62,694 bases of DNA. It comes from Gammaproteobacteria bacterium. GTDB lineage: Bacteria; Pseudomonadota; Gammaproteobacteria; DAOVJZ01. The stretch's first letter is position 1; the number at the start of each line of letters is the position of its first letter. Shown one piece after another: positions 10,619 through 19,955 of this stretch. The stretch covers positions 1-62,694 of the forward strand of contig JAOUJV010000005.1 in the NCBI GenBank assembly GCA_029882995.1, given 5' to 3'. Position numbers and translations under genes: made by a program. A model generated the notes under the pieces. The model made no database searches and was not told where the DNA came from. It worked only from the letters and a program-made list of their open reading frames with translations.

Positions 10619-10688
10619 TAATGGTGGGTGTTTTGGGCGCAGAGTAAAACCATCTACCCTGCCCCCAAATATCAGTGAATCTGACTTG

Positions 10689-11468
10689 TTATCCCGATAT
10701 CCCTTTTGCCTCAAGGAATTCAAGCGGTACATCGGCATTTTTTCTGCCTGCAATGGCGAAATAATAGAGGGGTTCGCCTTCTATCGATAACCTGTGTCTG
10801 TAACGCTCAATATGATAGACATCAAGGTATTTGGAGAAGATCAATTCCCGTATCATTTTTGAAAAACCTGATTCGTCAGTGATATCGAAAAATGTTTCCT
10901 TTATATTAAAGGCAACCCATCCTTTTGCTTTTATAATATTAAAGGCTTCTATAAATGCTCTGGTTGGGATATCACCAAAACCCAATGCGGCAACGGTTAC
11001 CATGCAGTCACACTGCCACGAAGCGATGTCTTCTTTTGCTTCTCTGCTTAAATCAGTGAAGTCTTCAACATAATAGTTGTCGTACAGGCCGGGTCTGTCA
11101 CGGACTGTGGCCTCATAGGCTTCTTCAATAATATCAACACCGATCAGGCGTGATACGCCGTGTTTTTTTAGTGCCTCACCCATCATGCCATTGCCGGCAC
11201 CAAAATCCAGTACCCGCAATTCAGATAAATTATCTTCAGACTGTTTTAGGGAAGACTCCAGTATGGTGGCTACTTTTTCTGGTGATGTGCATTTCAGGCG
11301 ATCATAAAAGATCTGTTCGTAGAGGCCTTGCACCTGATAAATTTCATCATAGTCATGAAATCGTATTTTACGGTTGCCGCCTGACCCTTGAAGATAGAAG
11401 TAAACCTCGTCCTGATTGAGGCCGGAAGATTCGGGTTTTGGAAATTGTATTCTGTGTCTTTTTAACAT
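10689..11468 (-). CDS. Class I SAM-dependent methyltransferase
   Basis: Motif I LRVLDFGAGNGMMG, followed by LIGVDI; RBS AGGAG. Confidence 0.9.
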   Translation of the reverse strand: MLKRHRIQFPKPESSGLNQDEVYFYLQGSGGNRKIRFHDYDEIYQVQGLYEQIFYDRLKCTSPEKVATILESSLKQSEDNLSELRVLDFGAGNGMMGEALKKHGVSRLIGVDIIEEAYEATVRDRPGLYDNYYVEDFTDLSREAKEDIASWQCDCMVTVAALGFGDIPTRAFIEAFNIIKAKGWVAFNIKETFFDITDESGFSKMIRELIFSKYLDVYHIERYRHRLSIEGEPLYYFAIAGRKNADVPLEFLEAKGISG

Positions 11469-11497
11469 GATTCTCCTATTTGGTTTGATGTGAATTG

Positions 11498-11615
11498 GCC
11501 CAACGATGTAAGGAATGGGCTTGGCTCACGACAAGAAATTATCTTGTCGTACGGGTGTGAAGCCCCGTTTGAAAAACGTCGCGTCAGCGACATAAAGACT
11601 GTCACTCCGAGACCA
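11498..11615 (-). promoter_or_regulatory. Candidate structured 5' leader RNA
   Basis: Four hairpins plus a possible closing stem in 120 nt upstream of the methyltransferase. Confidence 0.35.
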
Positions 11616-11668
11616 TGCGGATTTGTTACGAGTTTCTGGTCACGTTGTGACTATACGAACATTTATTG

Positions 11669-11699
11669 ATGAGATACCGGATCTAATCCGGTATGACGT
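11669..11699. repeat. REP-like palindrome, copy 2
   Basis: ATACCGGAT-CTA-ATCCGGTAT hairpin followed by GAC; immediately 3' of tRNA-Leu. Confidence 0.6.
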
Positions 11700-11706
11700 A
11701 AATAGT

Positions 11707-11791
11707 TGGTGCCGATGGCCGGACTCGAACCGGCACGGGTTACCCCACCACCCCCTCAAGATGGCGTGTCTACCAATTCCACCACATCGGC
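11707..11791 (-). tRNA. tRNA-Leu (anticodon GAG)
   Basis: GCCGATG-TGGTGGAATTGGTAGACAC...CCATC-TTGAGGG-GGTGG...GGTTCGAGTCC...CATCGGC-ACCA; 85 nt with long variable arm; follows secG. Confidence 0.97.
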
Positions 11792-11803
11792 TAACAGGTT
11801 TGC

Positions 11804-12178
11804 TTACTCAGGTACTGCTGGTTTATCTGATTCAGCGGGCTTTTCAAGAATAACCGGTACGTCTTCAGCTGATTTTTTAGCTGGAACAACAGGTGCTTCG
11901 ATTTGTGTTTCCGGCACGAGTTGATCAACCACGCTGGTTTTCTTGGTGTTTTGTCCGGCAATGAAGGCCAGTGCCAAACTGAGGATAAAAAATACCGTTG
12001 CCAGGATACCGGTAACACGGGTCAGGAAGTTGGCTGAACCCTGACTACCAAAGACTGAAGCCGATGCCCCGCTGCCAAATGCCGCGCCGGCATCTGCACC
12101 TTTACCATGCTGAACCAGTATCAGCCCAATCAGGGTGAGCGCAACGATCACATGAATGATGAGTAAAATTGTTTGCAT
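11804..12178 (-). CDS. secG: Preprotein translocase subunit SecG
   Basis: LILVQHGKGADAGAAFGSGAS.SVFGSQGS.NFL. Confidence 0.97.
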   Translation of the reverse strand: MQTILLIIHVIVALTLIGLILVQHGKGADAGAAFGSGASASVFGSQGSANFLTRVTGILATVFFILSLALAFIAGQNTKKTSVVDQLVPETQIEAPVVPAKKSAEDVPVILEKPAESDKPAVPE

Positions 12179-12182
12179 ATTG

Positions 12183-12935
12183 TTAACCTGCTGCTTTACC
12201 TATTGTCAGGAAATCATCGGATTTAAGGGAAGCGCCTCCGATCAAACCGCCATCGATATCTGCCATACCGATCAATTCTGCGGCATTACCTGCGTTCATA
12301 CTGCCGCCATAGAGAATTTGTACTTTTTCAGCAACGCCGGCATCCATTGAAGCCAGTTTTTGACGGATTGCTGCATGGGTTTCCTGTGCCTGATCCGGTG
12401 TCGCTGTTTTGCCGGTACCAATCGCCCAAACCGGTTCGTAGGCAATGACGCCATCGGCCAGAGCTGCAATGCCAACCCGGTTAATCACTGCGTCTAACTG
12501 ACGATTGACGACTTCTTCAGTAATGCCCTTTTCACGTTCTTCGAGTAATTCACCAACACATAAAATGGGTACCAGTCCGGCATTACGTGCCACTTCAAAT
12601 TTGTGTGCCACGATTTCATCGGTTTCACCGTAGAGTGAGCGGCGTTCGGAATGACCGACAATCACGTACTTACAGCTGAAATCCTTGATCATGTCAGCTG
12701 AAATCTCGCCGGTGAAAGCACCGGATGCTTCTGTGCTCAGATTTTGTGCGCCCCAGCTGACATTACTGCCATTGAGCTGCTGCTGAACATCGGCAAGATA
12801 GACATAAGGAGCACAAACTGCGACTTCAGCCTTGTTTACTGCACCGATTCCGGCCTTGATTCCATCCAGCAGAGCTTTGATACTCTCGCGGGATCCATTC
12901 ATTTTCCAGTTTCCGGCAACTAACGGCTGACGCAT
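12183..12935 (-). CDS. tpiA: Triosephosphate isomerase
   Basis: AGNWKMN, VGHSERR, AYEPVWAIGTG, GGLIGGASL. Confidence 0.98.
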   Translation of the reverse strand: MRQPLVAGNWKMNGSRESIKALLDGIKAGIGAVNKAEVAVCAPYVYLADVQQQLNGSNVSWGAQNLSTEASGAFTGEISADMIKDFSCKYVIVGHSERRSLYGETDEIVAHKFEVARNAGLVPILCVGELLEEREKGITEEVVNRQLDAVINRVGIAALADGVIAYEPVWAIGTGKTATPDQAQETHAAIRQKLASMDAGVAEKVQILYGGSMNAGNAAELIGMADIDGGLIGGASLKSDDFLTIGKAAG

Positions 12936-13102
12936 TTTACTCCCCTTTTCAATAACTTACGGTTTAATATTAAAGAACAAAAATGAGGGGGAATTCTACG
13001 GGCACTAGAAGAAAAAATCAATGTGGATCAAGGGGGTTAGATTCAAAAACCCAATCTCACCTATAATAGCTTTCAAACCAATAAAAAAGACGACCCGCCT
13101 GC

Positions 13103-13741
13103 ATGCAGTCTTCAACAAATCATCATCTGGAAATTATTAATCTGGCCTGTACCCGTCAGGATCGACGCCTGTTCAGTGGCCTGAATTTTACGATGACCAA
13201 CAGTGACATACTCCAGATTGAAGGCCCGAACGGCAGTGGCAAGACCAGTCTGTTGCGTATGTTGTGTGGTTTGTTGTTACCGGAAGAAGGTGAGATCCAT
13301 TGGCAAGGTAAAGACATCTCACGTGATCGTGCCCCGTTTCTGGAAGACCTGATTTACATCGGTCATCGTCCCGGTATCAAGGATGAACTGACACCACGCG
13401 AAAACCTGAATCACATTTGTAATTTGCACGGCAGTAAACCGGACACCGATATTGATCAGGCGTTAAAAAATGTCGGCCTGTATGGTTTTGAAGATGTGCC
13501 GGTGCGTACCTTGTCGGCCGGACAAAAACGCCGTGTTGCTTTGTCGCGTTTGTTATTTAGCACTGCCCGATTCTGGATTCTGGACGAACCCTTTACCGCG
13601 CTCGACAAGGCCGGTCAGTCTTATATTGAAAAGTTACTGGAACAACACAGTCAAAACGGTGGTTTGATCATGATAACAACACATCAACCGCTTCATCTTG
13701 AAAATTGTAATGTAAAGAGTGTTCAACTGGGCAATGCATAG
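13103..13741 (+). CDS. ccmA: Heme export ABC ATPase CcmA
   Basis: GPNGSGKT, LSAGQKRR, WILDEPFT. Confidence 0.95.
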   Translation: MQSSTNHHLEIINLACTRQDRRLFSGLNFTMTNSDILQIEGPNGSGKTSLLRMLCGLLLPEEGEIHWQGKDISRDRAPFLEDLIYIGHRPGIKDELTPRENLNHICNLHGSKPDTDIDQALKNVGLYGFEDVPVRTLSAGQKRRVALSRLLFSTARFWILDEPFTALDKAGQSYIEKLLEQHSQNGGLIMITTHQPLHLENCNVKSVQLGNA

Positions 13742-14417
13742 ACCATCGACATTTCAGGCGTGTAAAAGCCTGCTCAAACGCGATTTGTTACTCGCATTTC
13801 GTCATCGCGGTGAGCTGGCCAATCCGTTGCTGTTTTTTGTTATTGTGGTGAGTTTGTTTCCGTTGGGTATTGGGCCGGAGGCAAATACATTAAGCACAAT
13901 TGCACCCGGTATTCTGTGGGTCGCTGCCTTGCTTGCCGCCCTGCTTTCACTTGAAACGATTTTCAGATCAGATTTTGATGACGGCAGTCTGGAACAAATG
14001 TTGTTGAGTCCGCATCCGGCCGCGGTGCTGGTTGCAGTCAAGGTGTTTGTACACTGGCTGGTGAGCGGTGTACCGCTGATTTTATTGTCGCCACTGCTCG
14101 GTGTGTTATTGCAGATACCGGAAGAGTCCATGTTGATTCTGGTTGTCAGTCTGACACTCGGCACGCCGATTCTGAGTCTGGTGGGTTCTATTGGTGTTGC
14201 ACTGACTGTTGGATTACGGCGTGGCGGGCTGTTGTTGTCGTTACTGGTATTACCTCTTTACACACCTGTGCTGATTTTTGGTGCCAGCGCTGTCACCAAT
14301 GCTGCATTTGATTTACCGGTGGCCGCACAACTCTATTTTCTGGCGGCACTCTGTGTGCTGTCTATCACGCTGGCACCTATTGCAACGGCAGCAGCCTTGA
14401 GGATTAGTGCAGATTAG
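13734..14417 (+). CDS. ccmB: Heme exporter permease CcmB
   Basis: NPLLFF..VVSLFPLGIGPE, DFDDGSLEQ, LPLYTPVLIFG; start set at ATG 13734. Confidence 0.95.
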   Translation: MHRPSTFQACKSLLKRDLLLAFRHRGELANPLLFFVIVVSLFPLGIGPEANTLSTIAPGILWVAALLAALLSLETIFRSDFDDGSLEQMLLSPHPAAVLVAVKVFVHWLVSGVPLILLSPLLGVLLQIPEESMLILVVSLTLGTPILSLVGSIGVALTVGLRRGGLLLSLLVLPLYTPVLIFGASAVTNAAFDLPVAAQLYFLAALCVLSITLAPIATAAALRISAD

Positions 14418-14501
14418 GAATAATCTTCTAATTCAGTTGGTTACAAACCCCCTTGATATCTCTGTTTTTCTTACTGTTTGGCACTAAGAAATACTAATAC
14501 A

Positions 14502-14515
14502 TTGATAAATATCAA
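14502..14515. promoter_or_regulatory. FNR/Anr-type box (perfect consensus)
   Basis: TTGAT-AAAT-ATCAA upstream of the cytochrome operon. Confidence 0.75.
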
Positions 14516-14784
14516 TGATATTAGGGGGTTGTTATGGTCAACTAGACCCTGCAATAGAAGCATGACCACTAGGAGCTATTGTACCTTTGTACAATAGAAA
14601 TCATACATAAATTAAGGGTATGCTAACTGGGAGTCATAAATAGGTCAGCTTTACTAGTAATCCACTCATAATAATAAGCAATACAATCAGTTAAAAAGCA
14701 GTAAATATAATTAATAGGGATGTTGCTTTTAGCACATGTGGGACTAAAAAAGCTGTTGGTTTGTGTTAAATGATGGGGGTCAAT

Positions 14785-15477
14785 ATGAAATCATATACAC
14801 GCTACGGGTATGTTACATACCTTTTCATTACTGCATTATCTTTATTTTTCGCCGTACTTGGTCAGGCAACTGCCGGTACAATCAAGGATACAGCGCATGA
14901 CTTTTCCACCAAGGGCTACACCGGTGGGCAAATCTGTGTTGTTTGTCATACACCACATAACTCAGATACCACAATAAGTGAAGCACCTCTGTGGAATCAT
15001 GAAACAACTGCAACAACTTTCACCATGTATAACAGCCCATCATTCGATGCAACAGGTGATGGTGCTCCTACAGGTACTTCCAAACTGTGTTTGTCCTGTC
15101 ATGACGGTACTGTCGCTATCGATAGCTTTGGCGGTACAACCGGCACTGACTTAATGATTGGTAACAAGGCGGTAGGTCGTGATGGCTCACTGGCTGATGA
15201 CCATCCAATCTCTATTACTTACGATGCCGCATTGTCCACAACTGATCAGGGATTGCATGATCCTTCTGCAACCAACGTGGAAATCGGTACCGGTGGTGAT
15301 AAAACACGTTCAGGTACAATTCAGACAGTTATGCTATCAAACAACAAGGTACAGTGTTCTTCATGCCATGATGTACACAACAACTTCGTTGCTAATGATG
15401 GAACTGGCGGTGGTGCACCATTCCTGAAGGTAACCAAATCCGGTAGTAGCCTGTGTCTGACTTGCCACAACAAGTAG
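14785..15477 (+). CDS. Secreted tetraheme c-type cytochrome, OmcE-like
   Basis: Signal peptide; CVVCH, CLSCH, CSSCH, CLTCH; motif order HD.S-QIC..CHTPHN-PLWN-C.SCHDG-DHP-C.SCH.VH-PFL-LCL.CH.K as recalled for Geobacter OmcE. Confidence 0.85.
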   Translation: MKSYTRYGYVTYLFITALSLFFAVLGQATAGTIKDTAHDFSTKGYTGGQICVVCHTPHNSDTTISEAPLWNHETTATTFTMYNSPSFDATGDGAPTGTSKLCLSCHDGTVAIDSFGGTTGTDLMIGNKAVGRDGSLADDHPISITYDAALSTTDQGLHDPSATNVEIGTGGDKTRSGTIQTVMLSNNKVQCSSCHDVHNNFVANDGTGGGAPFLKVTKSGSSLCLTCHNK

Positions 15478-15510
15478 CAGTCTGACCATACGTAAACCGA
15501 CGGCCTGATC

Positions 15511-15551
15511 CCATAACCCTCCTTCTCCGTTGTTACGGCGGAGGGTTATGG
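15511..15551 (+). terminator. Strong intergenic stem-loop after the tetraheme gene
   Basis: CCATAACCCTCC...GGAGGGTTATGG 12-bp stem with no U-tract (partial terminator or RNA stabiliser). Confidence 0.55.
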
Positions 15552-15598
15552 TTATAATCAGGATACCTGTTAAAACATCAATAATAAGGGTCTATGTT

Positions 15599-16711
15599 AT
15601 GCAGACCAGTAGATGTTGTTTCCGTCAATTGTGGCATGTACTTGGTTTACTGAGTGTGCTGGTGCTTAGTGGATGCGCCGGTGTCTCTACAACCAAAACC
15701 GAAGAGTCGGTCTTTTACCCGGCCCTGCCTACCCCTCCCCGCATCCAGTATCTGGCTCGTTTCTCATCTTCAAACGATCTGGCTGCCGATAATAGTAGTT
15801 TCAAGCAATTTGTTGTTGGCAAGGAATCTTCCAGCAGTCATCTGGTACAAAAACCCTATGGCGTTGCCGTTCATGAAGGAAAGATATACGTCGTCGATAC
15901 CCGTGGTTCAGGCTATGGCATCTTTGATTTAAAGAACAACCGCACCGATTTTATTCATGGTTTTGGCGGCGGCAAGATGGACAAGCCTATCAATATCACC
16001 ATTGATACCAATGGCACCAAATATATTACTGATACTGAACGCAACAAGGTGCTGGTCTTTGATAAAAACGATCAGTTTGTTCGCGCCTACGGCAGAAAGG
16101 ATCAGTTCAAGCCTATTGATGTGGCTGTTATTAATAACAGGCTATACATTTCGGATCTGTATCATCATCGTATCGTCGTGCTGGATAAAGATACGGGCAA
16201 GACCCTGTTTACATTCGGCACACCTGGCTCAAAAGAAGGTGAGCTGTTTCAGCCTACCAATCTGACCCTGTCTGCAGACAAGCATCTATATATCAGTGAT
16301 ACCGGCAATTTCCGTATTCAGAAATACACTCTGGACGGCAAGTTTGTGCGTACCTATGGCAGTATCGGTGCAACTGTAGGGAAGTTTGCCCGTCCCAAGG
16401 GTATCTCGGTTGATAAGACAGGGCGCCTTTTCATTATTGATGCTGCGTTTGAAAACATCCAGATTATGGACAAGACCGGCACACCATTAATGTTTTTTGC
16501 CGGGCCAGGCGACAAGACCGGCAATATCAATTTACCGACAGACATTGTGATTGACTATGACAATGTTAAATATTTCCAGAAATATGCCGATCCGAAATTC
16601 AAGCTTGAGTACATCGTACTTGTAGCCAGCCAGTTCGGCATTAACAAGGTAACTGTTTTCGGGTTTGGGAAAATGCAGGGCATGGATTATTCAGCCCCCA
16701 AACCGGAATAA
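15599..16711 (+). CDS. NHL-repeat beta-propeller lipoprotein
   Basis: Lipobox LSGC; repeated P.(G/D)(I/V)A..../Y(I/V).D..N.RIQ units. Confidence 0.9.
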   Translation: MQTSRCCFRQLWHVLGLLSVLVLSGCAGVSTTKTEESVFYPALPTPPRIQYLARFSSSNDLAADNSSFKQFVVGKESSSSHLVQKPYGVAVHEGKIYVVDTRGSGYGIFDLKNNRTDFIHGFGGGKMDKPINITIDTNGTKYITDTERNKVLVFDKNDQFVRAYGRKDQFKPIDVAVINNRLYISDLYHHRIVVLDKDTGKTLFTFGTPGSKEGELFQPTNLTLSADKHLYISDTGNFRIQKYTLDGKFVRTYGSIGATVGKFARPKGISVDKTGRLFIIDAAFENIQIMDKTGTPLMFFAGPGDKTGNINLPTDIVIDYDNVKYFQKYADPKFKLEYIVLVASQFGINKVTVFGFGKMQGMDYSAPKPE

Positions 16712-16890
16712 TCTGAGAAAACTGAATATACGAAAACACCTGAACACCATGATACATAATATCTATAAACTCATTGGGATATAAAGGAGCCAGGTGTAAA
16801 TGAATACTTTTATATACAGGAAGTCTGTTTGCCAATGGAGTGTAAATGTAGTCGCATGGCACACGGTAAATTGCTTGGATATATGTTGTA

Positions 16891-18909
16891 ATGTTAAAAA
16901 ACAGGAGTCTTATCAGTGGTGATCACCACTCTATTTTGCCCGCTATCCGGCTTGGGCTTCTGTTATCACTGTCTGTTCAAAATATCCACGCACAGGGACT
17001 GGCTGACATTACTTCATTCCAGCTAATGGATGTCGAAGGCTTTGCTTCTATGCGCTACGCCTTTGATGATAAAACCACAACCTCTTCCGGCTCTACTACC
17101 TACGAATCCAGACCCACACTGGAAGAAGAGTTTTACATATCAACCCGCAGTTATGTCTATCATCCAAATTTCCTGAATATGGATGTCGGTGCAGGGGTAA
17201 TATTTTCACAACAGGATTTTGAATCCAATGGCGGCAGCTCAAGCAGTGATGAAAACCTGTTTAATTTTTCTGCCAACCTGCGTTTTCTTGAATCCAAGCC
17301 CTACCCGTTTACGCTTTATTACAATCTTTCCCATCCGGCAACCAGCATTGGAATGTCCGGTCGTTTCCTGCAGGAAAATGAATTGTATGGTGTAAATATT
17401 TCCCTGCGGGAACCGCTGGTCCCTCTTATGCTTAATCTTGATGTATCTCATGAAACCAACAAGGGAGAAGGCTTTGACACTCTGGTCGACAACTCGACCG
17501 ATCAGGCAAGATTTTATGCCTACAAGTCATTCAGTACAGGCAACAACGTCCAGTTCTCACATCAATGGAAAGAACGATATGCACGCAGCGGCAATCCCGG
17601 TGTGCCGATACAGGCTACATTAATAACGACCAACACAAGTAATCTTAACGTTAATAATACCTTCGGGGAAAAAAACCAGCTCAAACTAAATCAACTGCTC
17701 TCCTACATGGAGAATGAAACCAGCACCGATACCACCACTTTCCGTTATTCACCCGGTTTGCATTGGACGCACTCGGAAAAAACACGATCCTTTTATCGCT
17801 ATAACCTGTTTGATAACAACTATGGTTCTATTGAAACCGAAAACCAGTCCCTGAACATGGGGCTCAGCCACAAGTTCACTGAAAAACTACTCGGCAATGC
17901 CGACCTGCTGACTGAAGACAACAAAACAACCAACTTTGAAAAACAACGCTACGCCGCCAATGGTTCACTTAGCTATAAACATGCTATCCCCTGGGGCTCC
18001 ATGACTATCGGCGGCAACTGGCAATATGATTACAATGATCAGGAAGGTGACAGTCTTGTGCCTGTGGCCGATGAGTCGGTTACATTGAATGGAACAACAG
18101 CAGTCGACCTTGCCCAGGAGAATATTGATATAAACAGCATCAGGGTTACTAATCTTGCCAAGGACACAACATATGATGAAGGTGCTCTTGCAGATTATGT
18201 TATTACAGTTGCTGGCAACACCACAAAGATAGCACGTAGTGGAGTCGGAAGTGCTATTAATGATGGTGACACTGTGCTGGTCAGCTACAACTACGAATCC
18301 GGCGGCACCATTGCCTACAGCAGTTTTACCCAGGGTTACCAGCTTAATCTGGATTTATTTAACTATTACGGTGTTTATGTGCGCTACCGCAATGTTAACC
18401 AGAACCTGGAAAGCGGTGAGCCAACAACATCCCTGAATTCATCAGAAAATATTGCATTTGGTGCCAAGGCCAATGTGCCATTGGTCAATGACTGGCAGGT
18501 AGGCGGTGAAGTTAATCATGAGATCCATAATGCCGATATCTCTTCCTTTACCCGCACCAACTATGACGCCTATGCACAAACCAGTCTGCCACGCCGAAGT
18601 ATTCTGCGTTTCTCCGCACGTCATAACGTGATCGACAATGAATCTTCCGCAGAAGACACCGACCTGTATGGTTTGCGCATCAGGTTGACTTCACAACCCT
18701 GGTTCCGTACTACACTAACAGCAGAAGTGGATTATGAAGAGGATCAAGGTGGTTCTGTTTTACGTGAGCGACTCGTACAACAGGTTGGTATGACATGGCA
18801 ATACCGCCAGTTGAACCTGACCCTGACCGGAAGACATCATAATGAAACGCAGGGAACAACCGAGCGTGAACAGGCACAAATCTATCTCGTATTAAGGCGG
18901 ACTTTCTGA
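16891..18909 (+). CDS. Outer-membrane beta-barrel protein (putative cytochrome conduit or secretion pore)
   Basis: Signal peptide, alternating amphipathic strands rich in Y/N/S/T, C-terminal Phe (LRRTF). Confidence 0.8.
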   Translation: MLKNRSLISGDHHSILPAIRLGLLLSLSVQNIHAQGLADITSFQLMDVEGFASMRYAFDDKTTTSSGSTTYESRPTLEEEFYISTRSYVYHPNFLNMDVGAGVIFSQQDFESNGGSSSSDENLFNFSANLRFLESKPYPFTLYYNLSHPATSIGMSGRFLQENELYGVNISLREPLVPLMLNLDVSHETNKGEGFDTLVDNSTDQARFYAYKSFSTGNNVQFSHQWKERYARSGNPGVPIQATLITTNTSNLNVNNTFGEKNQLKLNQLLSYMENETSTDTTTFRYSPGLHWTHSEKTRSFYRYNLFDNNYGSIETENQSLNMGLSHKFTEKLLGNADLLTEDNKTTNFEKQRYAANGSLSYKHAIPWGSMTIGGNWQYDYNDQEGDSLVPVADESVTLNGTTAVDLAQENIDINSIRVTNLAKDTTYDEGALADYVITVAGNTTKIARSGVGSAINDGDTVLVSYNYESGGTIAYSSFTQGYQLNLDLFNYYGVYVRYRNVNQNLESGEPTTSLNSSENIAFGAKANVPLVNDWQVGGEVNHEIHNADISSFTRTNYDAYAQTSLPRRSILRFSARHNVIDNESSAEDTDLYGLRIRLTSQPWFRTTLTAEVDYEEDQGGSVLRERLVQQVGMTWQYRQLNLTLTGRHHNETQGTTEREQAQIYLVLRRTF

Positions 18910-19955
18910 TGACACGTCTATTATCAACACTGTTCGCTTTTACTGTTATTGGGGCCATATCCATCCTTGCCGCTTCCTGTGCCACAACTACTACCCCTTC
19001 TGCACAAGAAGCCATTAAAAGGGTATGGCCCCAACCACCGGAAACTGCACGTATTGAATATCTGGGTAGTTTTTCCAGCCCGGAAGATCTGGGTATCACC
19101 AAATCCTTCTGGCAACGCCTTGGAGAGTTTTTTACCGGCGTGGAACAGAACAATCTGATCCGCCCCACTGCCATTATTACAACTCGTGATGGCAAGTATG
19201 TTTTTGTTACCGATCCGGGAGCCAAAGGTGTGCATCAGTTTGATCTCGATCATGGCAAATACCGGATCATACGCCGAAAAAATAATATGCCATTGCTCTC
19301 CCCGATAGGTATAACCACAGGACCAGACAATCACATTTATATAACCGATTCTGCACTCAACCAGGTTTATGCTATCAACCCCGATTCCAAATATGCTGTA
19401 CCCGTCACGCTTGATGGAGAACTCAAACAACCCACCGGCATTACCTATGACGAAAAAACAAACCGGCTTTATATTGTGAATACGGCTGCACATCATATAA
19501 AGGTCTTTTCCGGCAATGGAAAATTCATTAACCAATTTGGTAAACACGGAAACGGGGCCGGACAATTCAACTATCCAACCTTTATCTGGCAGGACAACCA
19601 AAGGCGTCTGTTGGTAACGGATTCATTGAACTTTCGTATCCAGTTAATGAACGCAGATGGAAAAATGCTGGGCAAGTTTGGCAAGGTCGGGGATGCCACC
19701 GGTAACCTGTCCCGACCCAAGGGGGTTGCCACTGACAACCAGGGACATATTTATATTGTTGATGCGCTGTTCCATGCCTTCCAGATATTTGATTCCAATG
19801 GTCAACTATTGCTGGATTTGGGCAGTCAAGGCCAAAAACCGGGAGAATTCTGGCTCCCGACCGGGATTTTTATCACACAGGATAATACAATCTATATTGC
19901 CGACTCACACAATAAACGGGTCCAGCAATTTCGTTATATTGGAGGTAGACCATGA
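18909..19955 (+). CDS. NHL-repeat beta-propeller lipoprotein
   Basis: Lipobox LAASC; G...GQFNYP, LSRPKGVA and GEFWLPTGI repeats. Confidence 0.9.
   Translation: MTRLLSTLFAFTVIGAISILAASCATTTTPSAQEAIKRVWPQPPETARIEYLGSFSSPEDLGITKSFWQRLGEFFTGVEQNNLIRPTAIITTRDGKYVFVTDPGAKGVHQFDLDHGKYRIIRRKNNMPLLSPIGITTGPDNHIYITDSALNQVYAINPDSKYAVPVTLDGELKQPTGITYDEKTNRLYIVNTAAHHIKVFSGNGKFINQFGKHGNGAGQFNYPTFIWQDNQRRLLVTDSLNFRIQLMNADGKMLGKFGKVGDATGNLSRPKGVATDNQGHIYIVDALFHAFQIFDSNGQLLLDLGSQGQKPGEFWLPTGIFITQDNTIYIADSHNKRVQQFRYIGGRP

Noticed and set aside
10394-10688. Possible intI remnant next to the attI-like site
   Set aside because: No tyrosine-recombinase motifs in the short ORFs here.
16857-16875. TGGCAC...TTGCT sigma-54-like site before the barrel gene
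   Set aside because: GG-to-GC spacing is 13 nt instead of the required 10.
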